DNA of 64,000 nt, from positions 56,528 through 120,527 of the IMG/VR virus record IMGVR_UViG_2728369482_000003; one strand, given 5' to 3'. The position numbers and the translations under genes were made by a program. Below the pieces are notes generated by a model. The model did no database searches, was not told where the DNA came from, and was given only the letters and a program-made list of their open reading frames with translations. Positions 46,015 to 55,484 of this stretch are shown here, one piece after another (positions within the stretch are counted from its first letter, which is position 1; every line of letters begins with the position of its first letter). The stretch comes from a virus. Taxonomy: Duplodnaviria > Caudoviricetes.

Positions 46015-46390
46015 TACTCAGTGAACGTTGGGTTAATAAATCAGCCAGATCCATTAATTCAGTATCATCCATACGACCTCGAAGTTCATAATCACCGAAC
46101 TTTTCATTTTCCGGATTATAGGCTGTACAATAAATGATTCCCTGATTTTTGACTTTCTTCAATCGTAAAGCCACGATATTCATGTATTGGGTATTGCCCA
46201 GGTTACCATGTACTTCAATCGTTGGTTGATCCAGTCGTTCGTCTTCAAAAAGAGTCTCGTCTCCTTTCTTGTACAACTCCTGAGCCTCTTCTGAAATTAA
46301 TTCGATCGGACCATTTTGTAGGGAATCTTCAATAGATGCCCAAGCCCGACTTCGTAAGGTGGATAAACTGGTGGAATAATAATCTTTCAT
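46001..46390 (-). CDS. hypothetical protein
   Basis: 129 aa in operon. Confidence 0.55.
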   Translation of the reverse strand: MKDYYSTSLSTLRSRAWASIEDSLQNGPIELISEEAQELYKKGDETLFEDERLDQPTIEVHGNLGNTQYMNIVALRLKKVKNQGIIYCTAYNPENEKFGDYELRGRMDDTELMDLADLLTQRSLSNANV

Positions 46391-46620
46391 GGTAGTACTT
46401 CTTTACCCCGGGCAATTAGATCGATGGTTAAATGAACCATTCCCTGTACCATTTCCCGACCAAACGGTGTGTTGTTTTCGATCTCGTTTAGAATGTCATT
46501 CAGTGTGTAAGATCGATTGTCTTTCCCTTTGATAGTTAAATAGGGTCTTCCCCGAGCTTCTGGACTATTCTTTTTGATCCAGTCCTGTAAAGCTGTTTTG
46601 ACCAGTTCCGTATCGTTCAT
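46387..46620 (-). CDS. hypothetical protein
   Basis: 77 aa with ATGA coupling. Confidence 0.55.
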   Translation of the reverse strand: MNDTELVKTALQDWIKKNSPEARGRPYLTIKGKDNRSYTLNDILNEIENNTPFGREMVQGMVHLTIDLIARGKEVLP

Positions 46621-46864
46621 CGGTTAATTTCTGTTTTGCTTCAAATACTTTCCAGAGGAATCGTAATGATTCAATACACGGTTTATCCTCAGAAAAACGT
46701 CCGTACTTTTCATCTATCATAGTTTCAAAGGCCACACAAATCGATTCTATTCCAGATCCGACCAGTCTTTTTGGGGCATATTGTTCAGTTTCATCACCGG
46801 GTTCTATCTCATTAACTGTGATAAATGTATCAAATCGGTAGATGTATGACCGTTGATCCATCAC
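46565..46864 (-). CDS. small paralogue family member 2 (LxFLxKVF)
   Basis: IESLRFLWKVFEAKQKL. Confidence 0.55.
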   Translation of the reverse strand: MMDQRSYIYRFDTFITVNEIEPGDETEQYAPKRLVGSGIESICVAFETMIDEKYGRFSEDKPCIESLRFLWKVFEAKQKLTDERYGTGQNSFTGLDQKE

Positions 46865-47337
46865 AAATAATCCGGTCGGTTATTCGGTGTGTGAACCACT
46901 GTGGTAAACTTGATCGGTTTCCGTTTGTACCGGTCTTCCACTGGTTTAGCCAGCTCCCGTTTGCAGAACCGGTAGATCAGATCAAAGACCATCTCTTTTT
47001 TGGTCTGGTGGGTAGCATTCCCTTCCAGGTATAGATCGTCGATGTGAACGTAGTCCGAACCGATTACTGTCTGAACCAGCTTGTTGTGGCTGTCCAAATG
47101 ATTTTCGATCCGGCTGATAATCCACATAATCCGAAGCCAGTTATCATGGAATCCCAGCTCATAGACGTTTCGACCCAGGTACTCATTGGTCTTGCCGTGA
47201 CAGCCGTAACAACCCCGTTTCCACCAGCCGGGCTGCGGTTTCTTACCCGGTGGATGGAGATCGTTATGACCGTAGTACTGGTAGCCCATCCAGTCAGCAA
47301 TTACCTTGGCTTTTTCAATTATTTCTCGTGGCTTCAT
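46861..47337 (-). CDS. hypothetical phage protein
   Basis: 158 aa with an IADWMG...FHDNW..IM.II..IE pattern. Confidence 0.6.
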   Translation of the reverse strand: MKPREIIEKAKVIADWMGYQYYGHNDLHPPGKKPQPGWWKRGCYGCHGKTNEYLGRNVYELGFHDNWLRIMWIISRIENHLDSHNKLVQTVIGSDYVHIDDLYLEGNATHQTKKEMVFDLIYRFCKRELAKPVEDRYKRKPIKFTTVVHTPNNRPDYL

Positions 47338-47375
47338 AAGTTAACGGGTATACCCATAGGTGTACCCCGATATGT

Positions 47376-47576
47376 TTAGTATAAAAGTGAATACGGATGA
47401 TCCTGATCAATCCGGGTTAAATCGTATTTTTCTTCCAACCAGGTTAGCTCGGCTTCCACGGCTTCAATACTGGTAAAACTAAGCTCGTATTCATCTCGAC
47501 CAATATCACTCAGATCCAGCCCGTAGCGACTACCGAGCAGGCTGATAAATAAATAGTTATAGTCCTGATAGCTCAT
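47376..47576 (-). CDS. hypothetical protein
   Basis: 66 aa, EKYDLTRID. Confidence 0.55.
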   Translation of the reverse strand: MSYQDYNYLFISLLGSRYGLDLSDIGRDEYELSFTSIEAVEAELTWLEEKYDLTRIDQDHPYSLLY

Positions 47577-47592
47577 AACTCATTGATTTAGT

Positions 47593-47600
47593 CAAAGTTA
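47593..47600 (-). promoter_or_regulatory. Bacteroidota -7 box
   Basis: TAACTTTG on the minus strand just after a terminator and 16 nt before ATG 47576. Confidence 0.5.
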
Positions 47601-47630
47601 AAAAGATCCCGCCGGATTACCAGCGGGATC
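47600..47630 (-). terminator. intrinsic terminator
   Basis: gatcccgc...gcgggatc stem with a U-tract on the minus strand. Confidence 0.65.
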
Positions 47631-47640
47631 AATTCGGTTT

Positions 47641-48393
47641 TTATACCTTAACTACAAACGGATTAGTTAGGGGATCATCCCCCGGAACCTTTTTGTAGAT
47701 CAGACCAATGATATAGCCCGGTGGATCAAGCCAACGTTCATCTGAAAAACTCCCGTCGTGTACGGGAAACCCCTGCCAGGTTTTAGGTACTTTCGGGTAA
47801 AACACAACTGCTGTATTACCCCCTTGCTCAAGAACCCACCTTGCCTGCAACCAGTTGATTTCCGATCGGGAAAATGTGAGGTGGTACGGAGTTCCCCGGT
47901 ACTTCTCCCACTTTTTGTAGTCTTTTGTGTAATCGTAGGCTACTAAACCGGTGTACTCTTTCAGGACGTCTACTCCCGTCTGATTCAGGATAAGCTGGTA
48001 AAAGTCAATATCGGAAGTACCATTTGTTCGGACGGCTATTACAGAACCTTCCTGGGTAGCTTTCAGGTGAAGTCCCCAGAGTTCCTGATGGAGTAGTTGG
48101 ATAAACGTTTCCCGGTGGTGGATGAATACCTCGGTATTTAATCGACGGGTTCTCTCAACGGCCGGCATCTTTCCGTGACCGGCTTTAAACAGGCAGGCTT
48201 TGATGCAGGATGGGGAAGCATGACCGCAGAGTGATTTCCCTTTACTGTTCTGGGTATGCGGGGCCAGGTTGAGAATCCAGGTTTCCGTATCGTTGGAAGC
48301 CAACTTTTTGTTATTCGATCCTGGCTGAAGCAATCGTTTTTTACCCAGCAACAGTTCCATGAGCCGCTGCTGGGTATCTGCTTGTGTAATCAA
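47641..48393 (-). CDS. GP88 (gene 88)-family protein
   Basis: LAP...LC..AS..C...CL..AG.G, RTNGTSDI, YDYTK, YHLTFSRSE.N, G.N.AVVF, DG...D.R.LDP...IGL. Confidence 0.8.
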   Translation of the reverse strand: MITQADTQQRLMELLLGKKRLLQPGSNNKKLASNDTETWILNLAPHTQNSKGKSLCGHASPSCIKACLFKAGHGKMPAVERTRRLNTEVFIHHRETFIQLLHQELWGLHLKATQEGSVIAVRTNGTSDIDFYQLILNQTGVDVLKEYTGLVAYDYTKDYKKWEKYRGTPYHLTFSRSEINWLQARWVLEQGGNTAVVFYPKVPKTWQGFPVHDGSFSDERWLDPPGYIIGLIYKKVPGDDPLTNPFVVKV

Positions 48394-48590
48394 AGTATCC
48401 GCATAAATTGCTGATTATCCGGCCCGTCCAGATACAGCTTGTTTACATAACTGGTACTCATCTTCGGCGTCAAACCGGCTCCGTTCGTCCAGTTTTCCAG
48501 CCCGTCGAGGACGTTCATCATCACATCAGGTATCTCGTACTTATCCAATTTATCCGACAGTACCAGAGTCAGGGTGAATGTTAGTTCCAT
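48390..48590 (-). CDS. hypothetical protein
   Basis: 66 aa with ATGA coupling. Confidence 0.5.
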   Translation of the reverse strand: MELTFTLTLVLSDKLDKYEIPDVMMNVLDGLENWTNGAGLTPKMSTSYVNKLYLDGPDNQQFMRIL

Positions 48591-48912
48591 GGTATTTGGT
48601 TAAATCAATTTCACACAGACTAACCAACTCTTTTGAGTTATCTGATGCTACTCCTTTTTCCCAGTAAATAACACTTATGTGTCTATCCCATTGAACCGTC
48701 TGTAAGTCGTAGCATTTTAGTAGTGATTCCAGTTGCTCTTTGGTAAAACCTAAGTCCTGGGGAAAAACGATTGGTAACTGACAATTTTCAGTAGCAGCCG
48801 TTGCCAGTAACAGAAGCATTCGGGTTTTCAGCAGTTCATATTTCAACGATTCGTTTTCCTGCTGCTGGAATTCCAACGCTTTACCTAGTTCGATAAAATC
48901 AGGTATCGTCAT
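48550..48912 (-). CDS. hypothetical protein
   Basis: 120 aa in operon. Confidence 0.5.
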   Translation of the reverse strand: MTIPDFIELGKALEFQQQENESLKYELLKTRMLLLLATAATENCQLPIVFPQDLGFTKEQLESLLKCYDLQTVQWDRHISVIYWEKGVASDNSKELVSLCEIDLTKYHGTNIHPDSGTVG

Positions 48913-48939
48913 AACTAACGGTTAGATATATACGTTGAT

Positions 48940-49776
48940 TTAAAAATAGGCTCCGAAGCTCTTTTCAATCTGTTCCAGTTCCTTGGCTTTCTGGCTCCGC
49001 AGGGTATCCGATTTACGGATGCTGTCAGCCGGTACCAAAATACCCGACAAAGCTTCACAGGCCTGATTCAGGGCTACGTCTTCAGCCAGGTTAAGCTTGG
49101 GGATGGTGGTGATCAATTCTTCCAGCGAGGTAAACAGGGAGCCTTTCACCGGAGCCTGTTCGTTTTTGAAGATGTAGCTCATCCGGTCGATCTGAGCCTT
49201 GATCCGGTGCCAGTTCTCCTGCTGGGCCGCCTGAATCCGATTGGTCAGATCAGCTTCGGCATCTCGTTTGAGTTGCTCCTGGTGCTGGATTCCCACCGGA
49301 ATGGCAAACGTGGTGGTCGGGACATTGTCAAATTTGATCTTGACCGAGAACTTGTCCTTCAGCTGATCGGGTTTGGGATACTCGGATTCCCGAAACAGTC
49401 CGTTGAGCCGAATCCGGGCATTATCCATTAGCCGGGGATAATCCCGGATGAAACGGTCTACTTCGGTTTCGTACTCGTTACGGAGCCGGCCCAGCTCACC
49501 CACGTAGGTAAAGTAGTTACTGGCCGGTAGCAGCCGGGCTCCCCCATCTTCCCAGGGGAGGGTATTCTTGAGATGAAAATCCCGGATTTTGTCCTTGGCC
49601 TGCCGAACGGCTTTTAGTTCTTCCGAGGTGATGAGCTGCTTGTTGAAGTTACCGGCTTCCTTGACTTCGTGTTTGGTTTCAATCTCGGCCGTAACGGTCC
49701 GGTCATATTTGTAACCCCGCCACTGGGAAATAATCAGGTTAGCCAGCAGGGCCTGTTCGGTGAGTTTACGTTCCAT
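48940..49776 (-). CDS. DUF3150-like helical protein associated with AAA/vWA genes
   Basis: IS.W.G.K.D...NKQL...TLPW...G.RLLP...FI..YP...L..LF..SEYP. Confidence 0.6.
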   Translation of the reverse strand: MERKLTEQALLANLIISQWRGYKYDRTVTAEIETKHEVKEAGNFNKQLITSEELKAVRQAKDKIRDFHLKNTLPWEDGGARLLPASNYFTYVGELGRLRNEYETEVDRFIRDYPRLMDNARIRLNGLFRESEYPKPDQLKDKFSVKIKFDNVPTTTFAIPVGIQHQEQLKRDAEADLTNRIQAAQQENWHRIKAQIDRMSYIFKNEQAPVKGSLFTSLEELITTIPKLNLAEDVALNQACEALSGILVPADSIRKSDTLRSQKAKELEQIEKSFGAYF

Positions 49777-49844
49777 GGTGTTTATTGTTGGAAAGTGTTC
49801 AAGAAAAATGAACAGGATGGTTCGGCTGAACAGTCCTGATTGGG

Positions 49845-50222
49845 TTATGCTAAGTCGGGAATAGAATTGTCTTCGGGGGTATTCGTGTTGTAGGAAACTA
49901 CAGCTTTCATCAGTTCATTGAATCGTTGCCATTCCAGATCCTGGAATAAATCAAGTAAGCCGTAACACAAAAAATCCAGTGATCCTGAAGCCGTTTTGAA
50001 TACATCGACCTGACGAAATCCCTTGTGAAAGTAATTTATCTGTTCTTCTCCCTGAACACTACTCCAAAGGGTATGGAACGCTTCCGGATCGGTAGCCCGG
50101 GCTATCCGCATGGCATTCAAAAAAAGCAGTCCCAGTGTAGTAGCATAAGGAGCTTCCCTTTTATTACCAAAGTGTTTCTGGACTAGTTGTATATACTGGT
50201 CGTTTTCTTTTGAAAAGCTCAT
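49845..50222 (-). CDS. hypothetical protein
   Basis: 125 aa, overlap-coupled. Confidence 0.55.
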   Translation of the reverse strand: MSFSKENDQYIQLVQKHFGNKREAPYATTLGLLFLNAMRIARATDPEAFHTLWSSVQGEEQINYFHKGFRQVDVFKTASGSLDFLCYGLLDLFQDLEWQRFNELMKAVVSYNTNTPEDNSIPDLA

Positions 50223-51367
50223 AGTTCAGCAATGTGTAATACCCGGCCAAATGGCGGGCTGAAGTTTTTATTATCCCCCAGAATTACCCAGAGAACCGGG
50301 TACTGCTCGGTCGGGTCAAAGTCCGGGTAATCGTCACATATTCCGTCTGTAAAGTATACAGCACAGGCCGGTTGGATTCCTTCGTCACGTAAGTAAGAAA
50401 ATGGTGGTTCGAAGGAGGTACCCCCACCGCCGACGGGGACTAAATCAGCTGTTTCGTCGGGTTCAACCGTTTGCATACCTGCCAGGTGATGGTCTACATA
50501 GAGTACCTCAATCGGCTTACCGAACTGACCGGCTATACCCCGCAGCTCAGCTCCGAATACGTTTAACTCCCGGGCTCCGATCGAACCCGACGTATCCACG
50601 AACAAATAGATCTGACCAATGGTCTGACTGTAAAGACTGGGCATGACTACCGATCCCCCACTATACCGACGGGATGGCCGGGTAAAACAGTAGTCGGCTT
50701 TATCGGCAATAGAGACGAAAGCAGCTAGCTCATTTCGCCAGTCTACCTGGGGCTCCAGGGTCTCGTCGATCAACCGGGCCAGACTACCCGGCAATTTCCC
50801 GGCTTTCTTGGCCGATACGGCGGCTTGCCGAATAATTTCCTTGATCTCGTTTTCCTGCTCGGAAACGGATTTTCCATCCACTTCCTGGGTAGCCTGCTCA
50901 ACGTCCCCGATTCCCCCGGCCAGCTGGATTTCCATGTACTTCGGCATATTCGGGTCATCCCTGAGTAGATCGTAGATTTTTTCCGACGACATTCCCTTGT
51001 ACTGTTCGTCGTGGTAGCCCCCTTCGGGTAATTTGAACCCGGCATCAAGTAACCATAGATTGATAAAATGGTCACAGGCTATATTCCAGCGATGGTGTTC
51101 CCGACCCTGCTTCCGAAACTGATGGAGTAGGATAACGTGTCCAACTTCGTGTAAAATTAATCCTTGAGCGGCTTCTTTGGTCATCCCGTTGATCCAGGTC
51201 GGGTTGTACTTAATGTATTTTCCATTCGTACAGGCTGTAGGTATAGCTGGATCTTCGATCAGAGTCAGGTACATACAGACTTGGGCAAAAAACGGCTGAT
51301 GGAAGAGCAGCTGTATCCGCTGGCCTATCAGTTTGTCATAAGCTTTTTTATCAGTGTATTTGATCAT
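50219..51367 (-). CDS. DUF2201-type metallopeptidase plus vWA domain protein
   Basis: TACTNG..I.YNP, HEVGH (HExxH), WNIACD..IN; MIDAS DTSGS, GGGGT.F, YFTDG. Start placed at MIKY (ATGA overlap). Confidence 0.85.
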   Translation of the reverse strand: MIKYTDKKAYDKLIGQRIQLLFHQPFFAQVCMYLTLIEDPAIPTACTNGKYIKYNPTWINGMTKEAAQGLILHEVGHVILLHQFRKQGREHHRWNIACDHFINLWLLDAGFKLPEGGYHDEQYKGMSSEKIYDLLRDDPNMPKYMEIQLAGGIGDVEQATQEVDGKSVSEQENEIKEIIRQAAVSAKKAGKLPGSLARLIDETLEPQVDWRNELAAFVSIADKADYCFTRPSRRYSGGSVVMPSLYSQTIGQIYLFVDTSGSIGARELNVFGAELRGIAGQFGKPIEVLYVDHHLAGMQTVEPDETADLVPVGGGGTSFEPPFSYLRDEGIQPACAVYFTDGICDDYPDFDPTEQYPVLWVILGDNKNFSPPFGRVLHIAEL

Positions 51368-51711
51368 CGTTTGTGAACGTAGTTGTAGGTAAGTAATCCC
51401 AGAGAGCCGTTGAAGACTTCGTAGGGAATCGGCTGATTTCCGAGCCGCCGTTTGACCCAGTGAGCCTGAGCCCGAATCCACAGATGTTCGGGAACCGGCC
51501 GGGTCTGTTCGATACGGTCCAGATGACCGTGGTCGTCACCCCACCGGACACCTTCTGATCGAATCACCCAGAGATGCCGATCCTGTCTATACGTTAATTC
51601 CGTGTTGGAAGCCCAGTCCGGCAGGTTAATGGGAATCAGCTCATTCGACGATTCTTCAGTTCTGGTTAATTCACCAGTTACCGGGTTCAGGTAAACGGTT
51701 CGGTTTGCCAT
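51364..51711 (-). CDS. hypothetical protein
   Basis: 115 aa between the AAA and vWA genes. Confidence 0.55.
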   Translation of the reverse strand: MANRTVYLNPVTGELTRTEESSNELIPINLPDWASNTELTYRQDRHLWVIRSEGVRWGDDHGHLDRIEQTRPVPEHLWIRAQAHWVKRRLGNQPIPYEVFNGSLGLLTYNYVHKR

Positions 51712-51756
51712 ACAGAAAGAGTCCGGCTAGTATAGACCAGCCGGACCCGGATTAGC

Positions 51757-52803
51757 TTAGTTCAGGACCATATCGCCCAGGGTTACCTCAGCGTTTTCCA
51801 GCACCCACTTCAGAAAAGCTGGAGATTCCGTACTCAATAGCTCAGGTTTCCGCTCGTCGAGTAGTTTCATAGTCATTACTTCAATATCCTTGGGCAACCG
51901 GCCGATAAACCGAAGGATATTGTCAATGGTATCCTTAGTAGCCCGGTCGATCAAAGCCCCTGACAGGGCAAACTGGGTCATGGCTTCATCAGGTACAGCT
52001 ACTTCATCGGGATGGGTCATGATCCGGTCCACGTCAGGCAGAGTACGGTAGATTCGCAGGAACCCACCGTACTCACTGGCAAAGGCTTCTCCGGCCGCCC
52101 CCTTGAAGGATTCGTGTTCGAGGTGATGGGGCAGGTTATCGTTCTGCAGTATACCCACGGCGGCCAGGGTACGGGGGTTGACCACGTTGGTCATATCCCG
52201 GGTAGCCCGGTTTTTCTCCTCGTCTTCCAGCACGGCCGGACGGAACCGGATAAACTGAATCAGCGTCGTCGGCATACCGGCTCCGATGGCCCATTTGGTC
52301 CAGTCTTCGGCATTGACTTCCAGATCGGCTACCACCTTGAAGCGGGACATCACCGGAGCCAGAATACCCGATACCCCGGCATTATCCGATTTCCGGTTGG
52401 TAGCGGCCATGAAAATGACATGATTGGATACTTTATGTTCACCAATCGATCTAGCTAGTAACAACTGCATCAATGACGCCTGAACGGCCGGAGCCGCCTG
52501 ACCGATATCGTCTATGAAGCAAAGCAGGGGCCGGTCGGCATTGATGAGCCGAAGCAGATCTCCATAGGGCTCGAACCGGGCTTTACCATCCTGGAAAACA
52601 GGTAGTCCCTTGAAATCAGTCGGGTCACTGACAACCGGGTGCATCACCATCAGCTCGTAGGGCAGCCCGTCGGTCCACAGGGTTTCCCGGCAGACGGCTT
52701 CGATAATCGAGGTCTTTCCGATACCCGGAGCCCCTTTAACTAGTAGGTTATGGTTATTAAGCAGACAGAATTTAACCAGGTCGGCAAATGCAGCAGGACG
52801 CAT
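51757..52803 (-). CDS. MoxR/dynein-related AAA+ ATPase
   Basis: GAPGIGKT, DFKGLP, FIDDIG, AATNR, SRF and NPRT. Confidence 0.85.
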   Translation of the reverse strand: MRPAAFADLVKFCLLNNHNLLVKGAPGIGKTSIIEAVCRETLWTDGLPYELMVMHPVVSDPTDFKGLPVFQDGKARFEPYGDLLRLINADRPLLCFIDDIGQAAPAVQASLMQLLLARSIGEHKVSNHVIFMAATNRKSDNAGVSGILAPVMSRFKVVADLEVNAEDWTKWAIGAGMPTTLIQFIRFRPAVLEDEEKNRATRDMTNVVNPRTLAAVGILQNDNLPHHLEHESFKGAAGEAFASEYGGFLRIYRTLPDVDRIMTHPDEVAVPDEAMTQFALSGALIDRATKDTIDNILRFIGRLPKDIEVMTMKLLDERKPELLSTESPAFLKWVLENAEVTLGDMVLN

Positions 52804-52921
52804 ATAGATATAGTATACCCTTACCCAGCAGGACTGGATCGGGACTTGGAGTTAAAAGTGAGAAAATGGAAAAGAAAAAGGCGGACCTGGAATCAGGTTG
52901 GCCGGTAGGGATAAATAAAAA

Positions 52922-53200
52922 CTAGGAAAGCATTACCCAGCCCATCTGATTGACTGAGTCTTGGTAGTCGGGTAAATCCTGATCGAATCGTTCTCCGGTA
53001 AAATGCATTTTAGCCCGGTCCAGGGTTTCCATAATTGACTGATTGTGGTGAGCCAGGTAATGAAAGACGTCGGCCAGCAGATCACCCGGAGCCTGGGTCA
53101 AATCTTCGGGTTCAAAATCGTAGAACTCCTGCAAGATGGCTTCGATCTTTTCAGCCCGTTGGTCAATGGTTTTATTGTGAAATTTCAGGTCTGGATTCAT
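52922..53200 (-). CDS. hypothetical protein
   Basis: DLLADVFH...A.MHF..E motif. Start placed at MNPDL. Confidence 0.55.
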   Translation of the reverse strand: MNPDLKFHNKTIDQRAEKIEAILQEFYDFEPEDLTQAPGDLLADVFHYLAHHNQSIMETLDRAKMHFTGERFDQDLPDYQDSVNQMGWVMLS

Positions 53201-53447
53201 ACTTGGGTTTACAATCGTCACAAAGCTTACAGATACCCGTAGGGCTTACCTGGCTTCGGTTACTGGTCGGACTTAGATCGGTCAACGTCCAGCAGCCGTA
53301 GATACCAGATAAAGCATCCTGATAAACACACCAGTCGGGTTGAGCGTACCGATCCATTACCATTTCCCAGGTCGTTTTTTCCTGAATAAGCTGGTCAACC
53401 TCGGTCTGGCTTAACTCGTGGAAATACGGCTTTGGCTCAATGGTCAT
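53172..53447 (-). CDS. hypothetical Cys-containing protein
   Basis: QPDWC...GCW...CKLC. Confidence 0.55.
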   Translation of the reverse strand: MTIEPKPYFHELSQTEVDQLIQEKTTWEMVMDRYAQPDWCVYQDALSGIYGCWTLTDLSPTSNRSQVSPTGICKLCDDCKPKYESRPEISQ

Positions 53448-53808
53448 ACTGGGGTAGTTCTTCGTGAATCAGTCCGTCGGGATCGAGTTTGATCCAGTTA
53501 CAGCCCAAACTTTTAGCAAATTCCATAACCCGGTGCAGATTCTCGGAGATACCCATTTCCTGGGGAGTTTCTCCATCGGTATCCGAGTACAGAAAATATC
53601 CGTAGCCAAAATTGTATTCTCGGGTTGACGGAGCCAGTAAGAGTACCGGCGGATCAGGGTTTTCATCCCACATGATCGACTTGATCAGTTCAATGTCTTC
53701 CGGGGTCAAATGGCTATCCGAGCAGTCCAGGTAAGTATATATTCCCCGGGCTGAAGGCAGTGTTTCAGTCATCAAAAATGTCTTCGAGTAAATCGGTGAT
53801 AAACTCAA
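53437..53808 (-). CDS. hypothetical phage protein
   Basis: LDCS.SHLT...A...GCNWIKLDPDG...LP.Y pattern. Confidence 0.6.
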   Translation of the reverse strand: MSLSPIYSKTFLMTETLPSARGIYTYLDCSDSHLTPEDIELIKSIMWDENPDPPVLLLAPSTREYNFGYGYFLYSDTDGETPQEMGISENLHRVMEFAKSLGCNWIKLDPDGLIHEELPQYDH

Positions 53809-53853
53809 TCAGTTGCTTCCACCAAGGTTCTTTCTTACCAGATTTTTCCTTGC

Positions 53854-54264
53854 TCATAACCGGGATCCGAGTAGTATCCCTACCCCACCCGCAAAACCCG
53901 TCAACACCCAGCTGTACCAGGGTACTTTGGGTTTAACAACGGGTGGAGACGGGCAGGGTTGGATGATAATCGGTCGTCCCGATAGGGTATACTGTTGTTC
54001 GTCCAGTCCCCGTTGAATCGTGTAGCTGGTTTGCCGGACAATCTGATTCATCTGAACCCGGTTGGTCTCACAATCAGCCAGTTGCTTCTGGTAATCAGCC
54101 AGGATACCGGCGGCCTGATCGGCTAACTGATCCCGTTGGACCAGTCGGTTGTATTCCCGAACGGGTATAGTGACCTGAGCCCCCGGATACACCAGGGTAT
54201 CCCCCGTTTCGTGGGGAACCTGTAGCGTATCTATTTGATAGTGGACTGGTATTGCCGGAGCCAT
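53854..54264 (-). CDS. coiled-coil protein with C-terminal TM helix (spanin-like?)
   Basis: Coiled coil plus PWYSWVLTGFAGGVGILLG. Confidence 0.5.
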   Translation of the reverse strand: MAPAIPVHYQIDTLQVPHETGDTLVYPGAQVTIPVREYNRLVQRDQLADQAAGILADYQKQLADCETNRVQMNQIVRQTSYTIQRGLDEQQYTLSGRPIIIQPCPSPPVVKPKVPWYSWVLTGFAGGVGILLGSRL

Positions 54265-54566
54265 TGGTCGTAACGGGTTTGAAGAGCCTGGGTCTTTTTG
54301 GTATCATACTGGCCTATAATAACCAGCAGGGCGGAATCACCCCGGGCCTGATCGGTTTTGAGCCGCTGATTGGTTCGGTCGAGCCGATTGGTCCAGTCAT
54401 TGATCTGATGACGGTTCAGACTGTCTACGTATTCTCGAAGACTGCTGAGTTGTTGATCTTTTTCCCGGGTACCCAGGTTAAACCGGACGTTCAGATAGAT
54501 CAGATACACAAAAAGCCCAAGCAAAAAACCGGGTATAAACCAGCTCTTCCAGGTGGAGTTTTCCAT
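54231..54566 (-). CDS. N-terminal TM plus coiled-coil protein (i-spanin-like?)
   Basis: FIPGFLLGLFVYLIYL followed by a helical region. Confidence 0.5.
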   Translation of the reverse strand: MENSTWKSWFIPGFLLGLFVYLIYLNVRFNLGTREKDQQLSSLREYVDSLNRHQINDWTNRLDRTNQRLKTDQARGDSALLVIIGQYDTKKTQALQTRYDQWLRQYQSTIK

Positions 54567-54598
54567 GAAGTAAAAGGGAATAAACGAGCAGGCTCCGT

Positions 54599-54916
54599 CT
54601 ATTTCTGGTAGGAAGCCAAAGTGAGTTCTGCCTTTAGCTTACCCAGGATAGATTGGTGAGCCAGCAGTGATTTACCGAGTCCGGCGTTGAGCCGTTCGGC
54701 CAGGGTATAAAGGGCTTTGGTGGTAGGCGAAGGTCCCGATAACTTCAGGTATTCGCAGGAAGCCAGTAGTTTGGCCGAGTAGCCCTGTACGCCGGCTAAG
54801 TTAGCAATATGTTTCGATATGGCATCAGGGTCCTCGTCATTTACCTGGGTAGCCAGCAGGATATCCAGCTCGTTGAGCCCAAGTTCACAGGCTGGTTGGG
54901 GCAGAAACAGATTCAT
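54599..54916 (-). CDS. hypothetical protein
   Basis: 105 aa, helical. Confidence 0.55.
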   Translation of the reverse strand: MNLFLPQPACELGLNELDILLATQVNDEDPDAISKHIANLAGVQGYSAKLLASCEYLKLSGPSPTTKALYTLAERLNAGLGKSLLAHQSILGKLKAELTLASYQK

Positions 54917-55188
54917 TCGTTTGGAATGTAAATATCAGCCATATCCAGAATCTGCTGTACCGCTTGGTTAAGGGGTCGGCTAACCGAAGCCCGGCCAATC
55001 TGATAGGCCTGTTTGATCCAGGTTCGGTAGGGTTCAGGAGCGGCAATTGTTTCGGTACTGGTTCCCTGCGGATTATCCTGACAAAGACGAATGTTGGGTC
55101 CTAAAGCAGGATTGCTCTGTTCCATCCACCGGGTATCCAGATAGATGGTTGAACTGGTTTTTCCGATTTTATCGGCTAGTGGTTTCAT
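54913..55188 (-). CDS. hypothetical protein
   Basis: 91 aa, coupled. Confidence 0.55.
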   Translation of the reverse strand: MKPLADKIGKTSSTIYLDTRWMEQSNPALGPNIRLCQDNPQGTSTETIAAPEPYRTWIKQAYQIGRASVSRPLNQAVQQILDMADIYIPNE

Positions 55189-55484
55189 CAGTCAGCTCCT
55201 TCTACGGGTTCATCGAGTACCATCGATTCGACCAGGCTCTGAATGGTCCTGTCCGGGTTACCGAACAGATCGGAGAACAACTCACTTAACATTTCAACGG
55301 GTCCATGACCGTAGTTCAACTGATAAATTTCTTCCCCACAAACAGTATCCTCCAACTTCCCGTGGATTTTGGTTTGCTCCCAGAGGTAATCCAGTAACTG
55401 ATCGTGAACGGTAAATCCCAGCTCAAATCCATTGGTCTGTTCCCAGTCGTAAAGCCAGCTACGGAGATAGGATTTTGAGATCAT
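55188..55484 (-). CDS. hypothetical acidic protein
   Basis: 98 aa, coupled. Confidence 0.55.
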   Translation of the reverse strand: MISKSYLRSWLYDWEQTNGFELGFTVHDQLLDYLWEQTKIHGKLEDTVCGEEIYQLNYGHGPVEMLSELFSDLFGNPDRTIQSLVESMVLDEPVEGAD

